UHGV virus genome: UHGV-2050067
Source: a virus
Strand: one strand, 5' to 3'
Length of the DNA stretch: 56,618 bases
Position 1 is the stretch's first letter, and every line of letters starts with the position of its first letter. Below the pieces are notes generated by a model, which was not told the origin of the DNA, ran no database searches, and was given only the letters and a program-made list of their open reading frames with translations. Shown here piece by piece: positions 52,936 to 56,618 of the stretch. The position numbers and the translations under genes were made by a program.

Positions 52936-53594
52936 TATCTTTTCCCCGTGTATTCAACGTGTCCGATACATCCATCAATAATTGCTTGCGCCATATTGCG
53001 ATAATCGCACGTAAAATCGTTGTCACGTTTAAAGTCAATCTCTTTTGCCGCGTCTTCACCCATGACCTTAGTTGCAAGTGCGAACGCTATTTCAGCAAGC
53101 GCCTTTTCTATCGGACCAACATGAATCCTGAAAGCGCATGTCGTCCATGATATCGGCCTCTCTAAGCCTAAATCTTCCTTGCTTTCACATATAGCCCATT
53201 TATCACCAACATATTTAAATTTAACGACATCGAGAACCGTTCCGCTCGTAAGACCTACACAATCAAGCCACACACCAACAGGAGGCTTTTCGCCTGCCAA
53301 CCATTCAGTTTTTTCCGGTTGCGTTTCGCAATCATGCCGCTCATCTTCGATTAATTCATCAATGATCTCACTTTCTTTATTCATGCCGTCATCATCCTTA
53401 TTAGATAAATTAGCGTATTTATCAAATTTCCAGCTTGCAGCCATAACCGAATAAGTGCCGCCATCCGCGCGAACACCCAATAAATAGTATGATCCAAAAT
53501 TATATTCTGTGCGGCATGTTGTTACCTCAAACGATGGGTAACACTCAGGGTTAGTGCGATGGCTAATCACGCCAATTACTTTAAGTTTATTCAT
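52935..53594 (-). CDS. hypothetical protein (219 aa)
   Basis: ORF track; no motif recognised. Confidence 0.45.
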   Translation of the reverse strand: MNKLKVIGVISHRTNPECYPSFEVTTCRTEYNFGSYYLLGVRADGGTYSVMAASWKFDKYANLSNKDDDGMNKESEIIDELIEDERHDCETQPEKTEWLAGEKPPVGVWLDCVGLTSGTVLDVVKFKYVGDKWAICESKEDLGLERPISWTTCAFRIHVGPIEKALAEIAFALATKVMGEDAAKEIDFKRDNDFTCDYRNMAQAIIDGCIGHVEYTGKR

Positions 53595-53608
53595 TTGCTT
53601 ATCCTCAA

Positions 53609-53770
53609 TTACGCCACAGTTACATTGTCAACTTTGATAAAATATTCAGGGTGATTTTCTATTTCGTGCTTAAAGTGCGCGTGACACAATCGCCAATCAC
53701 GCGCCTGGTTGTGAAAGTAATAAACGTATTCGCCATCAATCTTATACAAAATGCCTGTAGGTTTAGCCAT
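53609..53770 (-). CDS. small ORF (about 53 aa), hypothetical
   Basis: MAKPTGILYKIDGEYVYYFHNQARDWRLCHAHFKHEIENHPEYFIKVDNVTVA; alternative upstream start at 53785; absent from the track. Confidence 0.3.
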   Translation of the reverse strand: MAKPTGILYKIDGEYVYYFHNQARDWRLCHAHFKHEIENHPEYFIKVDNVTVA

Positions 53771-53784
53771 GTAATAACTAACCA

Positions 53785-54216
53785 TTATTGCCCCCAGCGT
53801 TTTATAAATTCCTCGTTCAACTTAGTGTCACCAGACCATTGAACATTATGTTCAGCGCCGAACGAGTAGATCAGTTCAATTAATTCGCTAAATTCTGTTT
53901 TACTCATCCGGCTGGTTGACGTTCCCAGCACAACAAAGCCGGATTTATCCAGATTAGGGACAACGCCATATTTCTTAAGCCCGGCAGTGAATACCGCCTT
54001 CCAGTCTTCCGGTGACAGCTTTTTACCGTACCAATTAACCTGATCGCTAACGTCTGTTAATAGCGCCCATAAAAGGCTGTTTTGACTCAGTGATCGTGTT
54101 TTCTCCTGGATGGTAATTATCAGCGGGCTTTTGCTATCAGGCTGGATCTCCCTTATCTGCCTGATAGCGTTTTCTTTTACGGCGTCGTTTACTATCTCAA
54201 ATCTAATTTGCTTCAT
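53785..54216 (-). CDS. ninB: NinB-family recombination protein
   Basis: 143 aa; MKQIRFEIVNDAVKENAIRQIREIQPDSKSPLIITIQEKTRSLSQNSLLWALLTDVS...GFVVLGTSTSRMSKTEFSELIELI parallels lambda NinB as recalled. Confidence 0.8.
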   Translation of the reverse strand: MKQIRFEIVNDAVKENAIRQIREIQPDSKSPLIITIQEKTRSLSQNSLLWALLTDVSDQVNWYGKKLSPEDWKAVFTAGLKKYGVVPNLDKSGFVVLGTSTSRMSKTEFSELIELIYSFGAEHNVQWSGDTKLNEEFIKRWGQ

Positions 54217-54410
54217 AATACACCGTTGCTATTTTTCCATTGCGCCCGCGCATACATGATCGCCCGCAAAGAAATTAGGCGCGAGCTTGTCATGAAAGCG
54301 CTTTTTAAGTACCTCATATCAACAACAACAGGCTTATCAGGATCGTCGCCGCGCATGTATTCCGCAATTGTGCTTAAGTCTTCCACGGTCAAATCTAATT
54401 CCCTATTCAT
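54213..54410 (-). CDS. hypothetical protein (65 aa)
   Basis: ORF track; overlapping stop/start with neighbours. Confidence 0.35.
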   Translation of the reverse strand: MNRELDLTVEDLSTIAEYMRGDDPDKPVVVDMRYLKSAFMTSSRLISLRAIMYARAQWKNSNGVL

Positions 54411-54419
54411 GGTCGCCCC

Positions 54420-54626
54420 TTACACAATCCGCATTGTGTTTCGTAATTCACCGCGCAACGCCTGCAAAGCGTAACGAATCGGCACAAAAGCCCGGTTAAA
54501 TTTTACGTGCTTATACTTGCGCATTAGTGGCGGCGTATAAACCATTGTGCCGCAAGGATCGCATGCGAATTTAAAGTGAGATTCGTCAACAAACGTTTCA
54601 ACTGAATAAAAAATTACCCGTCTCAT
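54420..54626 (-). CDS. hypothetical protein (68 aa)
   Basis: ORF track; Cys-containing (CDPCG). Confidence 0.35.
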   Translation of the reverse strand: MRRVIFYSVETFVDESHFKFACDPCGTMVYTPPLMRKYKHVKFNRAFVPIRYALQALRGELRNTMRIV

Positions 54627-55216
54627 AATTCCAACCCCGTTTCGCCGTTAAGTTTTTCAATCTCAAATACTGGTTTATCCGGTAGCAGGCCGTTATTTTT
54701 CCGGTATTCGTTCAGACGACTGTCAAAGTCAAACGCCAAATCATTAGCGTGACCGAATCGCCCAGGTTTAAACAGTGAGTAAAAATTAACCCCGTGCCTA
54801 TTTGGATCAACGCAAAGCGTTTCATCAATCACCATTAAACGCATAGTACGAGAAAGATAATTCCACGGTATTCCCGTTTCAGCGCTAATGTCGCGCATAC
54901 GCTTTTTAACGCTGTAGTCACTAAATAACGCCGCCACACGATCGCGCCGTTGCGCATACAAATATTTAATTCGATACCCCAACAAGCGGCGGCGCGGTCC
55001 AAAATATGTATATACACGCTCAACAATACCAGTGTCGATTAAGTGTTTAATTGTCTCAGGTAAGCATCCGGCTTCGTCATATTCCGCTGATAATCCTGTT
55101 TTCTGGCGTAACTGGTGCATTGTGTCGATGCCATCAAGTTCAAGGATATTGATAATTTTTGCTTCAAGTTCAATGCTCATTGTTTTTCGCCTCGTTTTAA
55201 GCACAAAAACAGCCAC
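54623..55216 (-). CDS. hypothetical protein (185-197 aa) downstream of helicase
   Basis: ORF track; likely start at MSIELEAKIINILELDG (about 55180). Confidence 0.45.
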   Translation of the reverse strand: MAVFVLKTRRKTMSIELEAKIINILELDGIDTMHQLRQKTGLSAEYDEAGCLPETIKHLIDTGIVERVYTYFGPRRRLLGYRIKYLYAQRRDRVAALFSDYSVKKRMRDISAETGIPWNYLSRTMRLMVIDETLCVDPNRHGVNFYSLFKPGRFGHANDLAFDFDSRLNEYRKNNGLLPDKPVFEIEKLNGETGLEL

Positions 55217-55259
55217 CAGAAAGCGGTCAACTTTCCGGTAAGCCGTTTGCTCAAGTTAA

Positions 55260-56618
55260 TTAAAAGGATGCGTTATTCTGGTTGTTTCGTTGGTTAAATC
55301 GACTTGTGCGATGATTCATCGACTGAATACATGCAGACGCTGCGCGGGCCTGGTCGCAAGGGAGGATATTGCCGTTGTCGTCAAATCGCTGGTAAACAGT
55401 CCCCGTTTTCCCGTGACGGTTTTTCGAAACAATGATCTCCATATATTCGCGGGCAACAGACTGTTCATCATAGTACCCGTCGCGATAGACCATGATGATC
55501 CGGTCTGCGTCCTGTTCAAGATTCCCGGAATCGCGCAGATCAGAATTATTCGGGCGCTTGTTCGGTCGTTCCTCAACGCGGCGGGATAATTGCGCCAGCG
55601 CCAACACTGGTACGCGCAATTCTTTCGCCATCATCTTCAACGACCATGACAATTGCCCTACAGCGAGATCGTGACGTTCGGCCTTAGCCAGCTTCATTAG
55701 ACCGATGTAGTCAATCATTACCATACCCAGGTTCGGGTGTTCCTGCTTCATGCGTTCCGTTGTTGCGCGTATTTCCTCAACCGTCAACTGCGACGCGTCA
55801 ACGATCCACACCTCAAGATTAGCAAGTGCGCTCATCCCCTGGCCTACATGCGCCCAACCCTCATCATCAAGTTTTACCGGATTGCGCAGGCAGTCAGTTG
55901 ATAAATTACCAGCGCCAGCGATAGCACGCTCAGTCATCTGATCGAGTGACATTTCAAGCGTGAAGAGCAAAACGCCAACCCGCTGTTCTTTACCACCAGG
56001 GTAAGGGCGTTCAGCGGCTGCGCGGGCAATTGTCAGCGCCAACGCAGATTTACCAGACCCAGGGCGTCCGGCGAGAAGTACCAAATCAGTAGCGTTAATG
56101 CCGCCCAACATTTCGTCGAGTGGTTCTATACCTGTTTTGATGTTGTCAGAATTGACACCGCATTCCATGCGCGTGCTTAAAACATCCGTATATTCCTGTA
56201 CCGCATCGCGCAACAGAACCGGAATGATCTTATCTTTCGTTACCTTCAATTTTGAATACCGGGAATCAAAATCTTTCATCGTCTCTTTGACGACCTCAAG
56301 CGTCCCCGTTTCCAGTTTGTAGCGCATATCGTCGATGAGTTCCAACATCTGCCGCCGCTGGTGCTCTTCACGTAGTAGCTGTGCGTATCCTTTCAGGTTT
56401 GCGGCAGAAGGACACGATCGCGCCGTTTGCATCAGAGGAACAAAGTTTTCATTGCCAATCTCATCGCCAACCAATAACGCGTCGATAAGATTCCTGTTTC
56501 TGGCTTGCGCCCGGATAACCTCAAACGCACGTTTGTAAAGCGGGATCGTGAACACTTCAGGATCCAGAGTGGCGAGAACATCTTGCGCGTTAGGAGTGAG
56601 GCCGCCTAACAGCAGCCC
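55260..56618 (-). CDS. replicative DNA helicase (DnaB-like); 5' end lies beyond the window end
   Basis: Walker A LLAGRPGSGKSALALT and DnaB-like C-terminal domain; reading frame stays open upstream of the track start at 56555 to the window edge, matching the longer N-terminus of the left-edge copy. Confidence 0.85.
   Translation of the reverse strand, partial: GLLLGGLTPNAQDVLATLDPEVFTIPLYKRAFEVIRAQARNRNLIDALLVGDEIGNENFVPLMQTARSCPSAANLKGYAQLLREEHQRRQMLELIDDMRYKLETGTLEVVKETMKDFDSRYSKLKVTKDKIIPVLLRDAVQEYTDVLSTRMECGVNSDNIKTGIEPLDEMLGGINATDLVLLAGRPGSGKSALALTIARAAAERPYPGGKEQRVGVLLFTLEMSLDQMTERAIAGAGNLSTDCLRNPVKLDDEGWAHVGQGMSALANLEVWIVDASQLTVEEIRATTERMKQEHPNLGMVMIDYIGLMKLAKAERHDLAVGQLSWSLKMMAKELRVPVLALAQLSRRVEERPNKRPNNSDLRDSGNLEQDADRIIMVYRDGYYDEQSVAREYMEIIVSKNRHGKTGTVYQRFDDNGNILPCDQARAASACIQSMNHRTSRFNQRNNQNNASF

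Noticed and set aside
55290-55941. Plus-strand ORFs inside the right-edge helicase gene
   Set aside because: Antisense shadows; the minus frame has Walker A and DnaB-like motifs.

Overview
The window is almost entirely temperate-phage DNA: roughly one genome-length unit (~56 kb) of a lambdoid-like siphovirus-type prophage. All calls rest on reading the sequence and the supplied ORF translations by eye; no database search was run, so family names are motif-based. Layout: (1) a minus-strand replication/early module at 1-5891: 5' part of a DnaB-like helicase, an HTH-metallophosphoesterase protein, a Rha-type antirepressor, an HNH/AP2 coiled-coil protein, and a replisome-organizer gene containing ori-like iterons. 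(2) A switch region at 5892-7050 with three evenly spaced palindromes, a CI-like S24 repressor, a terminator, a sigma70-like promoter and a boxA/boxB nut-like site ahead of an arginine-rich N-like ORF. (3) A long plus-strand block at 7056-21641 of small accessory genes, including Erf, SSB, a Dam-like and a C5 methyltransferase flanking a YhhQ-like membrane protein, NinG and RusA. (4) A lysis cassette (pinholin-like holin, SAR endolysin, Rz/Rz1). (5) An unusual tandem array of ten mini-genes for 22-47 aa hydrophobic peptides. (6) Terminase, portal, head and tail genes through a 1813-aa J-like protein and a tail fiber, interrupted by four minus-strand moron cassettes. (7) An attP-like junction, a tyrosine integrase, an AlpA-like excisionase and a second minus-strand block (NinB ... 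DnaB-like helicase) running off the right edge. The two window ends are homologous but non-identical helicase 5' regions (about 91% identity by hand count), suggesting two related prophages in tandem. No rRNA, tRNA, CRISPR or IS element was recognised.
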